From Candidatus Hodarchaeum mangrovi (GTDB lineage Archaea; Asgardarchaeota; Heimdallarchaeia; Hodarchaeales; Hodarchaeaceae), in the NCBI GenBank assembly GCA_016839515.1, contig JAEOUE010000198.1, forward strand, positions 1-49,930: DNA of 49,930 nt. The letters run 5' to 3'. Below, one piece after another: positions 1-9,226 of the stretch. The notes beneath the pieces are model-generated. The model did no database searches and was not told the DNA's origin. It saw only the letters and a list, made by a program, of their open reading frames with translations. Both the position numbers and the translations under genes were made by a program. Position 1 is the first letter of the stretch, and each line of letters opens with the position of its first letter.

Positions 1-1
1 C

Positions 2-345
2 TAAGGATATTATGAGGTTTAACCACCAGAACTTGTAAAGAAGGAGATATCTCCTCCTTTTGAACCTGAATTTCGTAATGGAAGATTTTATGCTAAGGAA
101 GTTAGATATAATAAAGGCTAGTTTTTTACTCATCCAATTTCTATTAATAATACTCATTCCTTAAATTAATTCGACGTAATTGTAAAGAAGAAATTGGATC
201 ACTACTTATAGGAACGTCTAACGAATCTATCAATCCATAATAGAAATTCAATCCCTATTAAAAAAGTAATTAGATAATAGATTCGGAATTTGGTACAGAT
301 CTAGGTTGTGATCTAAATGTTAATTAACCCGACTTCACTCATTAA
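2..345 (+). pseudogene. Decayed M20-family metallopeptidase (ArgE/DapE/dipeptidase-like) remnant, truncated by window edge
   Basis: Frame from nt 5 reads GYYEV*PPELVKKEISPPFEPEFRNGRFYAKEVRYNKG*, matching the M20 pattern GHYDVQPP...PPFEP..RDGRLYGRGA.DNKGQ. A shifted frame at 181 gives CKEEIGS (EEIGS motif), and an LHS (DLHS-like) occurs near 330-341. The right boundary is approximate. Confidence 0.65.
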
Positions 346-510
346 CAAATTATCTTTCTATAATTGGATAGATTTTGCTAAGACTACCTTTAACCATTTA
401 GATTGCTTATAAACAACACTCTTATGAATTAGTTCCTGATGAGTTCTGTAGTTAATGGATTATTCTCTATACTGTAACCTTTTTAAGTTAGTAAATGAGA
501 TGAAATAATT

Positions 511-1290
511 ATGACCCATCTTTATTCAGATGATTTTGAAATTAGGAATGTCACAGAGATCGATCTTTCTGGAGGCACATTGATTGAATGTTTTCCCAGC
601 ATCAGTAGTCTAGCATTGATCGTTGCCAATATACTTCTTGAGGCTGATGGTCGTCCTGAAAATTGGAAATACGACCAAGTTGCAGTTGGCGATAGTAACC
701 AATTGCCCACGATATGTGTCGTTTATTATAATAAACCTAAGTTTCCTATTCGTATTTATGCCAATAAAGAGACAAAAAATGCTCTTTTAGTTTCAGAAAT
801 CCCACAATATCCACCAATTACGCGAGAGATTGGTAGAAAGATTTTCCAATGGGCAAAAGAAAAGGAAATAGAACGAATTGTATCCATTGATGGCTTTTTG
901 AGTGATTATACTGATTCTCCTCAAGAATTACCTATGAGAGTATTTGGAGTCGGTACAACAGATAAATGCCGTACTGAGTTAAAAAGTAAACGTGTTAAGT
1001 TATTAGATCAAGGTGTCATCAAGGGGTTAAGTGCTGTGCTTCTAAATGAAGGCTGGTTTAATAAATCTGATGTCATTGTTCTCCTAGGAGAAGTACGTCA
1101 ACATTATCCTGAAATTCGTACAGCTGCCCGTCTGATTGAAGTTTTAAACCTTTTAGTTCCTCATTTAAATGTGCACATTGAGCCTATTTTAGCTCAAGCA
1201 GAAAAAATCGAACAATTGGCTGTTTCGATGCGCGATCAAGCAACAGCAGCTCTTGAACCTAGTAAAGATTTTGACAAGACCTATATCTAA
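511..1290 (+). CDS. Proteasome assembly chaperone, PAC2 family (PbaA/PbaB-like)
   Basis: PAC2-type segments (LIECFP, PIRIY, LVSE, IVSIDG, GVIKGLSAVLL, YPE..AARLI); C-terminal TYI resembles HbYX. Confidence 0.8.
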   Translation: MTHLYSDDFEIRNVTEIDLSGGTLIECFPSISSLALIVANILLEADGRPENWKYDQVAVGDSNQLPTICVVYYNKPKFPIRIYANKETKNALLVSEIPQYPPITREIGRKIFQWAKEKEIERIVSIDGFLSDYTDSPQELPMRVFGVGTTDKCRTELKSKRVKLLDQGVIKGLSAVLLNEGWFNKSDVIVLLGEVRQHYPEIRTAARLIEVLNLLVPHLNVHIEPILAQAEKIEQLAVSMRDQATAALEPSKDFDKTYI

Positions 1291-1448
1291 ATCAGCAATC
1301 ATTAATTACGAAAGAATAAAAATTTTCTTCTGTTCCTTTTATTTGGAACTAAACCAAAGAAGTGGACTAGATGAAAATCAATTTTTAAAGTCATTAAAGC
1401 TAATTCTTTAAGGCATAATTAATAAATTTAAAATCTCTTTAATAATTA

Positions 1449-2075
1449 TTGGAATTTAAAATGTTTCCATGGTTTTGGTTTAGTGTAATAATGGAGGTTA
1501 TAATACTAGCACCCTATTTCTGGTCTTTAGAACACACAAAGTTACAACAAAGATTTGGACTTGAAAAAGGTATGAAGATTGGAGCTCTCCTTGGACTTAT
1601 CTCAGGGTGGGGATTTTTTATATTTTTGTTTGGAATTTGGCTTTCACCACAACCAAGATTCGTACTTCCAATTCTTCAGGACCAATCTCTTGTGGTTCCA
1701 ACTATTAATTTTAAAATCCCTTTTATTCATCTAATTATCTTTCTCCCAATTATCATTATAGTGTTATGGATATCATTAAAAGGTGTATTAGAAGTTACTC
1801 TAAAAGTAGCAGAAACACATAGAGCAGAGAAAGTTATTACAACTGGAGTTTATTCAGTAGTTAGACATCCTCAATATGTTGGGGCACTATTAGCACATTT
1901 AGGCATTTCAATCCTACTTTCTGCACTGTATGCTCTACTTCTAACACCTTTTTTGGGAATTTATATTTATCTCATCTCATGGAAGGAGGAAAAGGAGCTG
2001 ATAAATGAATTCGGAAAGGAATACGAAGATTATAGAAAGATGGTTCCAATGTTTATCCCAAGAATAGATCTTTAG
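1449..2075 (+). CDS. Isoprenylcysteine carboxyl/phospholipid methyltransferase family membrane protein (ICMT/PEMT-like)
   Basis: Several TM segments; TTGVYSVVRHPQY and EEKEL..FG.EY..Y...VP motifs. Confidence 0.85.
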   Translation: MEFKMFPWFWFSVIMEVIILAPYFWSLEHTKLQQRFGLEKGMKIGALLGLISGWGFFIFLFGIWLSPQPRFVLPILQDQSLVVPTINFKIPFIHLIIFLPIIIIVLWISLKGVLEVTLKVAETHRAEKVITTGVYSVVRHPQYVGALLAHLGISILLSALYALLLTPFLGIYIYLISWKEEKELINEFGKEYEDYRKMVPMFIPRIDL

Positions 2076-2119
2076 ATAGTTTCTGGATGATACTAGAAAT
2101 GGGATCTCTATGAATCCAT

Positions 2120-2449
2120 TCAATCTTGTTGAATCTGTTCCAAAATTTGTTTTAGGCATTTTGTATAATTTATCAAGGCGTTTCTCCCCTTAGGGGTGAT
2201 ATGAATGATCGTTCTTGGACGAACATCAATAAAGGTCTTTTCCTGTTTGATAAATTCCTCTTGGATTAGCTTGGTCAAATGAGTGTTCAGATTTCCAGAT
2301 GTAACACCCAATCCTTTTTGAATTGTTCCAAAAGTTAATGAAGAATTTAAGTGCAGTAGTGTAAGCACTCCAAGTCTAACTGGTTCATGAACTGTGGAAT
2401 CAAGCTCATTAAGAGGTATGTTTTCTCTTAACAAATTTGTTTCCTTCAT
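2120..2449 (-). CDS. Winged-helix transcriptional regulator (ArsR/MarR-like)
   Basis: HEPVRL...LTF..IQ..LGVTSGNLNTHL..L...PRT...IT.KG pattern. Confidence 0.85.
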   Translation of the reverse strand: MKETNLLRENIPLNELDSTVHEPVRLGVLTLLHLNSSLTFGTIQKGLGVTSGNLNTHLTKLIQEEFIKQEKTFIDVRPRTIIHITPKGRNALINYTKCLKQILEQIQQD

Positions 2450-2479
2450 ATTAATTCACTTTCCAAATTTTAACTTGAT

Positions 2480-3166
2480 TTATTTTTCTTTAGATACTGC
2501 TACAACCTTAACTAGGTTCATTCTGAGAAATATACTTAATAATATCAAGATTAGACCAAAAATTAGACAGAACATAAACATCGCTATTTCTAGGGGGAGA
2601 ATAATAGAAGCAGATAAGCCTAAAAGTATTGAAAAACTACCATAAATAAACATACTAAGACGAATCAAGTTAATATTTGTTTCTGAATAGAATATTTGTC
2701 CTGCAAGAATAAATCCAGATCCAACTACAATACCCCATATACTTGGAATCCAAATTTGATTATCAATACCAATTAATAGAATACATAAATGAGTTATAAG
2801 AAATAATATAGAAATAAGCATTGCTATTGAACGGTAAGCTCTATTCCAAAGGATAATAGAATGAGTATTAATTATATAAATACCTAAACTCACAAATGGA
2901 AGCAGATAGAATAACCAAATCGAGATGAAAAGAATAGGTTCAGATGATATACTTAATTCAGGAATATTAGTGGCTTGAAGAATAAAAAAAGTGGCATCTA
3001 CTCCCAAGATGCGATAACAAATATATTCTATAAAACCACCCATTATTGAAATATAGCCTGCAAATGTTAAGACAATTAAAAATCTGTGAAATTCTACCTT
3101 TTTTTCAAAAATTACAACTCTATCAAGAATTTCAAGTTGGGGTCTGAATTCTTTTAGGATATCCAT
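2480..3166 (-). CDS. Multi-pass membrane protein, co-oriented with the wHTH regulator
   Basis: 228-aa ORF with about six hydrophobic segments, 30 bp upstream of the regulator. Confidence 0.7.
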   Translation of the reverse strand: MDILKEFRPQLEILDRVVIFEKKVEFHRFLIVLTFAGYISIMGGFIEYICYRILGVDATFFILQATNIPELSISSEPILFISIWLFYLLPFVSLGIYIINTHSIILWNRAYRSIAMLISILFLITHLCILLIGIDNQIWIPSIWGIVVGSGFILAGQIFYSETNINLIRLSMFIYGSFSILLGLSASIILPLEIAMFMFCLIFGLILILLSIFLRMNLVKVVAVSKEK

Positions 3167-3369
3167 TTCTTTATTCCAGCCTGAATGATAGAAAATAATC
3201 CTCTTATAACCTTTTAAATACTACTTTGTGTAGCAAACTATTTTTCTAGGACAATCACTCTCCAGCGAAGATTATTTTGCTGGAAATAGTTTAATTGGTA
3301 TTTTTAAGGCTATTAATTTTAGTGTCATTCATATCGAAAACGATAATACTAGAAATGGAGAAAAATGAT

Positions 3370-3753
3370 ATGAATATTTTAATACATATACTGATTACAG
3401 TTCTAATAATTCATTTGATGGATTTATCAGGAATTGATGTTTTATGGGCACTATTATTTGGTATACTGATTGATCTTGACCATCTGGTCAAAATTCCACT
3501 TTATGTAAAACAAAATGGATTTTCTGTTATTCGGTATTGGAATTGGAGAACCCCATTACAAGAACCTATTTCTCTCCTGTGGGTAATTCCTTTAAGTGTG
3601 TATTTAAATACATTTGTACCAGTTCTATTCTTTTTATCACATATAGCTCTAGATTATATTAAAGGATTTGAGAAAAAGCCTTTCTTCCCCTTCTCTAATT
3701 ATACGATTAAACATCGAAAAAATAGGTTTAAACATTTGGAGGCGATTATCTAA
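3370..3753 (+). CDS. Membrane-bound metal-dependent hydrolase (YdjM-like)
   Basis: N-terminal His, DLDH and SHIALD motifs. ATG 3370 is preceded by GGAG (3357-3360) and preferred over the track start at 3295. The stop overlaps the next start (TAATG). Confidence 0.7.
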   Translation: MNILIHILITVLIIHLMDLSGIDVLWALLFGILIDLDHLVKIPLYVKQNGFSVIRYWNWRTPLQEPISLLWVIPLSVYLNTFVPVLFFLSHIALDYIKGFEKKPFFPFSNYTIKHRKNRFKHLEAII

Positions 3754-4307
3754 TGCATATTAGAATACCTAAAGTGAAGGAAAAATATGATCAAATGATG
3801 GATCCAATAGGGATATTATTTCATGATTACTTAAGATTAACCCCTAATCAAATATCTTTCATTGGATTTACGATAGGATTAGGATCTGTAATATTAGTGT
3901 TACAAAATGAATGGCAATTGGGACTGATAATAATGTCAATATCGTTATTTTTTGACGGAATTGATGGGAATGTCGCTAGAAAGTATGGTCTTACAAGTCA
4001 AACTGGAGAAAAACTTGAATTAATTTTTGATCGGTCTCTAGAAGTATTACTTTTTTTAGCATTCACACTAGTCATGGATATTTCTATAATTTTATTCGGA
4101 CTATTAATCTATTCTATTTTAATTATGACCTCATTAAGAGATAAAACAAAATTCGATCCAGGGATGAAGAGAATAGTACTATTATTTGGTTTTATCATCA
4201 GTTTTGAATCTTTATTTCATCTGATTTTTCTAGTCCACCTTTGTTCTTTTATTTTGCAGATCATTATCCTAGATTATCAACATACAGGAGGAGATATACC
4301 ATGCTAG
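3753..4307 (+). CDS. CDP-alcohol phosphatidyltransferase family protein
   Basis: TPNQIS and DGIDGNVAR-x8-G...DR signature. Confidence 0.88.
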   Translation: MHIRIPKVKEKYDQMMDPIGILFHDYLRLTPNQISFIGFTIGLGSVILVLQNEWQLGLIIMSISLFFDGIDGNVARKYGLTSQTGEKLELIFDRSLEVLLFLAFTLVMDISIILFGLLIYSILIMTSLRDKTKFDPGMKRIVLLFGFIISFESLFHLIFLVHLCSFILQIIILDYQHTGGDIPC

Positions 4308-4882
4308 ACCTCAATATCTTTGAATCAGTGATCTTTATTCTTCCAGCATTTGTAGCGAATGCAGCTCCAGTATTTTTAGGAAGAGGGTCTCTATTTAATT
4401 GTCCAATTGATCGTGGAAGACTATGGTTGGATAATAAAAGGATACTAGGAGATGGGAAAACAATCCGTGGATTCATAGGGGGAGTATTAGCAGGAATTCT
4501 TACTTCAATGGCGATACTATATTTCTCACAACTTTTCTCGATAAACCTGTATTATCTTACTATAATTAACCATATGGTTATAAAATTCTTCAACGGGAAT
4601 ATATACACAGTTAGTGCATTGATTGGATTTTTATTAGGATTTGGTGCTTTATCTGGAGATATAATAGGAAGTTTCATTAAAAGAAGATCTGGACTTAAAA
4701 GAGGAGAGTCTTTTATGTTTATGGATCAACTTGGATTTTTAATAACTTCAATTTTATTTGTCAGTATTGTAGTTCCCATTCCACTGACATGGTTGATCTT
4801 CCTTGTCCCAATTACCTTATTCTTACATATTAGTTTAAACTTGATCAGTCATTATGTTGGATTACAAGAAGCACGCCTTTAA
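4301..4882 (+). CDS. carS: CDP-archaeol synthase
   Basis: PAFVANAAPV, PID.G, GDGKTIRG, GDIIGSFIKRR, DQL motifs; strong SD AGGAGGAG (4286-4293) supports ATG 4301 rather than 4241. Confidence 0.9.
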   Translation: MLDLNIFESVIFILPAFVANAAPVFLGRGSLFNCPIDRGRLWLDNKRILGDGKTIRGFIGGVLAGILTSMAILYFSQLFSINLYYLTIINHMVIKFFNGNIYTVSALIGFLLGFGALSGDIIGSFIKRRSGLKRGESFMFMDQLGFLITSILFVSIVVPIPLTWLIFLVPITLFLHISLNLISHYVGLQEARL

Positions 4883-4887
4883 TCCCA

Positions 4888-4900
4888 CTCTTCTTTTTTA
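4888..4900 (+). terminator. Putative oligo-T terminator after the lipid operon
   Basis: CTCTTCTTTTTT immediately after the carS stop. Confidence 0.4.
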
Positions 4901-5141
4901 AACTTTACAAAATGGATTAGATTTTATTAAAGTGAATATTCTATTTATTAACGAAAATTTCATCTCATCTTAATATTTATATTTTATCAAGGACATACAT
5001 CTCTGAATATATTAACTCACTCTGATCATATTAAGCCCTGTTCCTTCAATCTCTTGCGTTAAGTTAAGAAATTCATATAATAAGAATCTCACCAACCCAT
5101 AGGATAAGTTAAAATATGGTAATCATTGATGATATAGACAA

Positions 5142-7106
5142 ATGGTGAATAAGAAAAAAATTCAGCATTTAATTGACCAAAATCAGTTCAATGAAGCATT
5201 AATGATCATTTACAATTTAGAGAATACCAATGATATAGATTTGGAAAATTCTCTAACATTAGAATTCCTTAAATGTCAAATATTAGCTAATATAGGAAAA
5301 ACTATTAAAGGTCTTGAATTAGCAGATAAGGCTCTAATTGTAGCTCGTAATCAGGTTCCAAAAAACCAACAATTACTAGTCGAAGCCATTAATACAAAAG
5401 CTGAGACATTGAGAAAGGCGGAACAATTTACTCCTACATATTCAAGACAGAGATTAATGGAATATCTCCAATTACTTGAAGAAGGAGAACAAATAATCGG
5501 AAACATTTCAGATAGTGAACCAATTGAAATAACAGAACAAAGAGCTACATTATACAGGAATAAAGGATTAATTTACAGTTCATTAAGAAAGTTAGACTAT
5601 GCAGAAAAATGTCTTCAGGAAAGCATTGCACATTATAAAAAGATAGGAAACCCAAAAAAAATCTCTGAAATACTTGTAGATTTAGCTGAGATATTTGGAA
5701 TAAAAAATGAATATAAAAATCAACTAGAAATACTGAATGATTGTTTGAACCTCTGTGAAGAACTTCAGAATAGGGAAGGAATAGTTGAAACCCTCTGGCA
5801 TTTTGCTAGAGCTTATCAAAGAAAGGGGGAACCAGAAACCGCTTCTGTTTATATTCAGAGGAGTTTGCAGCTAGTAAATCAGCTTCCAAGGACTAAACAA
5901 GTAGCATCCCTTCTTTTTAGAATTGGAGATTTTTATTTTAATTTCAGTAATGAAAACGTTATCGTGCTTGATGCTTATCAAAAGAGCTTATCAATTAGTG
6001 AAGAGTTGGATGACAAAGAAGGGATTCAATTTTGTCTCCACTTATTAGGAGATTTACACCAATATACAAAAGGAGATTTAAATAAAGCTTTAGAATACTA
6101 TGAAAGAAGTATGGGGATGTTTAAGGAAGTTGGTGTAAAGATTGTTCATGCCTGGAATTTATTAGATATTGGTAACCTTTATCACCTCAAAGGAGACGTA
6201 GATCGTGCACTTATCTGCTTTCAAAAAGCTCTTCCAATATTGGAAGAGATAAATGATGATTTTTATTTTTGTCAAACGTTTCTTCATATTGGCCGCGTTT
6301 ATCGTACAAAAGGAGACACACATAGCGCATTAAACTATTATAAAAGATGTTTGAAATTATTAAGAGAGAAAAAATTACTTGCGGGCCAAGAAACTGAAGG
6401 ATTAGCTTATTATGAGATAATCACTATAATGCTAGACATTAATAACGTTAATGAAGCGAAAAAGTATTTTGGACTTTTCACTCAATATTATGAAAGGAAG
6501 GAAGTGATTAAACAATTCCTCAATCAGTGGTATAAACTAGCAGAAGCCTTGATATTGAAAACTAGCAATCGGATCAAAGATAAAGCCTTAGCTCAACGTT
6601 TATTTCAAGAAATAATTGATGATCCATATATAAAACTCAATTTATTGAACTATTTAGCTGATTCAAAAAGAACAGCTATGTTAAATCTCTGTGAACTCTT
6701 ACTTTTTGAAATAAAATTGTCACCAAATGAAACAATAAAAGAAAGTGAAGTTTTCCAAGAACTCAAACAAAGGCTAAATAATTTTGCTTCATTAGCTTAT
6801 GAACAAAATATTTTCCCCTTATATGTTGATGTAACAATCCTTAAAGCAAAATTAGCGTTAATTGATGAAAATCTTACAGAAGCAATGCAGCTTCTAATTC
6901 AAGCTAAAAATATAGCAGAAAAAAATGACCTCCAATTTTTATACAAAAGAGTAGTAAGAGAAGAAAAGCAAATTAAAAAGCAATTAAGTTTATGGGAGAA
7001 TCTAATTAGAGAGAATAGTCCACTGTTAGAACGTCTTGCACAAGCTCAAATAGAAGAGTATATCTTAAAAGTTAAAAGAATAATCAATCTCCCAGATGAA
7101 TTATAA
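5142..7106 (+). CDS. Tetratricopeptide repeat protein
   Basis: Repeated TPR units (LG..Y...GD...AL.YY..SL). Confidence 0.85.
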   Translation: MVNKKKIQHLIDQNQFNEALMIIYNLENTNDIDLENSLTLEFLKCQILANIGKTIKGLELADKALIVARNQVPKNQQLLVEAINTKAETLRKAEQFTPTYSRQRLMEYLQLLEEGEQIIGNISDSEPIEITEQRATLYRNKGLIYSSLRKLDYAEKCLQESIAHYKKIGNPKKISEILVDLAEIFGIKNEYKNQLEILNDCLNLCEELQNREGIVETLWHFARAYQRKGEPETASVYIQRSLQLVNQLPRTKQVASLLFRIGDFYFNFSNENVIVLDAYQKSLSISEELDDKEGIQFCLHLLGDLHQYTKGDLNKALEYYERSMGMFKEVGVKIVHAWNLLDIGNLYHLKGDVDRALICFQKALPILEEINDDFYFCQTFLHIGRVYRTKGDTHSALNYYKRCLKLLREKKLLAGQETEGLAYYEIITIMLDINNVNEAKKYFGLFTQYYERKEVIKQFLNQWYKLAEALILKTSNRIKDKALAQRLFQEIIDDPYIKLNLLNYLADSKRTAMLNLCELLLFEIKLSPNETIKESEVFQELKQRLNNFASLAYEQNIFPLYVDVTILKAKLALIDENLTEAMQLLIQAKNIAEKNDLQFLYKRVVREEKQIKKQLSLWENLIRENSPLLERLAQAQIEEYILKVKRIINLPDEL

Positions 7107-7186
7107 AATATTTATCATAATTAATTCAGTGTAAAATTTGAAATATAAACAAATTTTCATTACTAACAATGAATTAAGATGTCGGA

Positions 7187-7468
7187 TTGAGAAAAATGAC
7201 TTCTAGGAAATTAATTGGACCTATCTGTCAAAGCTGTGCAGCACCTCTCAAAAAACTTGAACATAAAGGCACTGAAGCTAATGGAACACGAAGTGATGAG
7301 TATTGTAGTGATTGTTATGAAGCTGGTGAATTTCTTGAACCTGAGATCACAATGAAAGAGATGATCGAGCTGAGCTTATCTACTACAGCAAAGGAACTTG
7401 ATATTACAATAGAAGAAGCAAAGAATTATCTTCAATCATTGTTCCCTACACTAAAAAGATGGCGATGA
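7187..7468 (+). CDS. Zinc ribbon domain protein (Zn_ribbon_2-like)
   Basis: CQSC..P...GTE..G..S..YC..CY..G.F..P and C-terminal P.LKRW. Confidence 0.85.
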   Translation: MRKMTSRKLIGPICQSCAAPLKKLEHKGTEANGTRSDEYCSDCYEAGEFLEPEITMKEMIELSLSTTAKELDITIEEAKNYLQSLFPTLKRWR

Positions 7469-7651
7469 GACTTATCAAAAACAATATTATGATCTTATCA
7501 CTTTTTAAGTACTTTATTGGCTTAAAAAAGGTCTTATAAACCTAATCTATAGATTATTATGACAATTCTCTCATGTAGAGGATAAAAATAATTATTACAA
7601 CTTCAGATATTATTTGAATATAGATGATCTTTTATATTTTTAAATAGGATT

Positions 7652-9202
7652 ATGTTTCGTATTTTGATTGCTGGGATAGTTATGAGAATTAATAGTCTTC
7701 TAAATGGCTATTGTCGGAAAGTTGGCCCTATTTTGATGGTTCTTTTACCTTTAATCATATTATACTTTATGATTTTAGGTAATTTTCTTCCTACAGCTAA
7801 TGAAATGAAAATAGCAGCCCTTTTCTGGACCTTATTGCTTCTTAATGCATTTTCTTATTTAATTAATGGTTTATTCATACGAAGGAGCTTCAAAACAGAA
7901 ACACGAATGAAAGCAGAAGCAGGATTCCCTGTTGACAGTTTAGAAGGATATAGTGCCGTAACTAACTTTACAACCCAAGTACTATTGAATTCAACGATTA
8001 TTGCTCTTGTTATCTTTCTTTCATGGATTCTTATCTTAATTGTTGTATTAGTTATTCCATTTTTACAGGTTAATGAGGATATAAATACCCTAGTCACACA
8101 AATCCTTGGACAAGACTTCTCAGCTATAGAGGGAGTAATTCTTAGGCCTATTTTGATATTTAGTGCCATTGGGTTAGTTTTAATAGCTATCGGGATTTTA
8201 TTACTCCTTAAAATACCAGAAAAACCCAGTTTTGAAGTTGGTGCGTTTTTAAAATTCTATTATCCTCAACAGACCCCAATCATCTTGGATAATCTACTCA
8301 GTGACGCAATTTTAGCCTTTTTAGACCCAATAACAAAAATGCACTTTGATGAATGGACAGAGCTTATTGATAAGTCATTGAATGTCAATTATGAACCAGA
8401 AGTAGAAAAAAAGACTCGTGTTGAACGAGCCCGTGAAAAAATTTTATTATTATTCTATATTAAACAACGAATGCCTTTATTACTTACAGAAGAGGTTTTT
8501 CTCAAAGAATTGCTAGAAGTTATCTCCTCATCACAAATGCCTGAATTCTTAGCAGGAGGAACCTCTGGTATAAATCTATTGATTTTAAATGATATTTTTA
8601 ACCAACTCACTCCAAGAATTCCTGAAATCTTCAAAATGATTGATCGATTAATTATTGAACTAACAGATAATTTAGGAGAATTTTTAGGAAATAATGACAT
8701 TTGGGCTAATATTGCTGCTCCTGAAAAAGTTGTGGGAAATGAAAACCCGTTCCGAATTTTGTCTTTCACCCTGAATAAAGATGTATCTCTCTATTCAAAT
8801 AGAAAAAGATCTTTAAATTTTCAATTATCTGCTCCCACAAATCATTATATGGAAAACCTCAACATTTCTTTAGCTGCTGATGAAGCTGAAGACTTTCTAA
8901 TTGACAAAATACCCCTTCCTTTTATCTCGGAGGGGAGTCAGGATATTCTTGGATTATTGACCCGAATTTTGCAAATTGGAGATGCAGTTTGGTTCACTGT
9001 TGAACGAAAATCATTCGATTCCCATCTTTTTCATCTGGCTATTAACGAGGGTGCACGAGGAAGTATTTTTGGTGAAACGATTGCAATTAATGTTACACGT
9101 GATTTAATGTTCTATATTCGTACTTATGGTGGTAAATTAAGTGCCCTTTCGGGACTCCTACTCCCCATAGGATCAATAATTCTCCAATATCTATTACCTT
9201 GA
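7652..9202 (+). CDS. Hypothetical membrane protein (N-terminal TM bundle, large soluble part, C-terminal hydrophobic helix)
   Basis: 516-aa ORF; hydrophobic segments only, no recognised motif. Confidence 0.65.
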   Translation: MFRILIAGIVMRINSLLNGYCRKVGPILMVLLPLIILYFMILGNFLPTANEMKIAALFWTLLLLNAFSYLINGLFIRRSFKTETRMKAEAGFPVDSLEGYSAVTNFTTQVLLNSTIIALVIFLSWILILIVVLVIPFLQVNEDINTLVTQILGQDFSAIEGVILRPILIFSAIGLVLIAIGILLLLKIPEKPSFEVGAFLKFYYPQQTPIILDNLLSDAILAFLDPITKMHFDEWTELIDKSLNVNYEPEVEKKTRVERAREKILLLFYIKQRMPLLLTEEVFLKELLEVISSSQMPEFLAGGTSGINLLILNDIFNQLTPRIPEIFKMIDRLIIELTDNLGEFLGNNDIWANIAAPEKVVGNENPFRILSFTLNKDVSLYSNRKRSLNFQLSAPTNHYMENLNISLAADEAEDFLIDKIPLPFISEGSQDILGLLTRILQIGDAVWFTVERKSFDSHLFHLAINEGARGSIFGETIAINVTRDLMFYIRTYGGKLSALSGLLLPIGSIILQYLLP

Positions 9203-9226
9203 ATCAACAATGAAATAATCTCTTTA

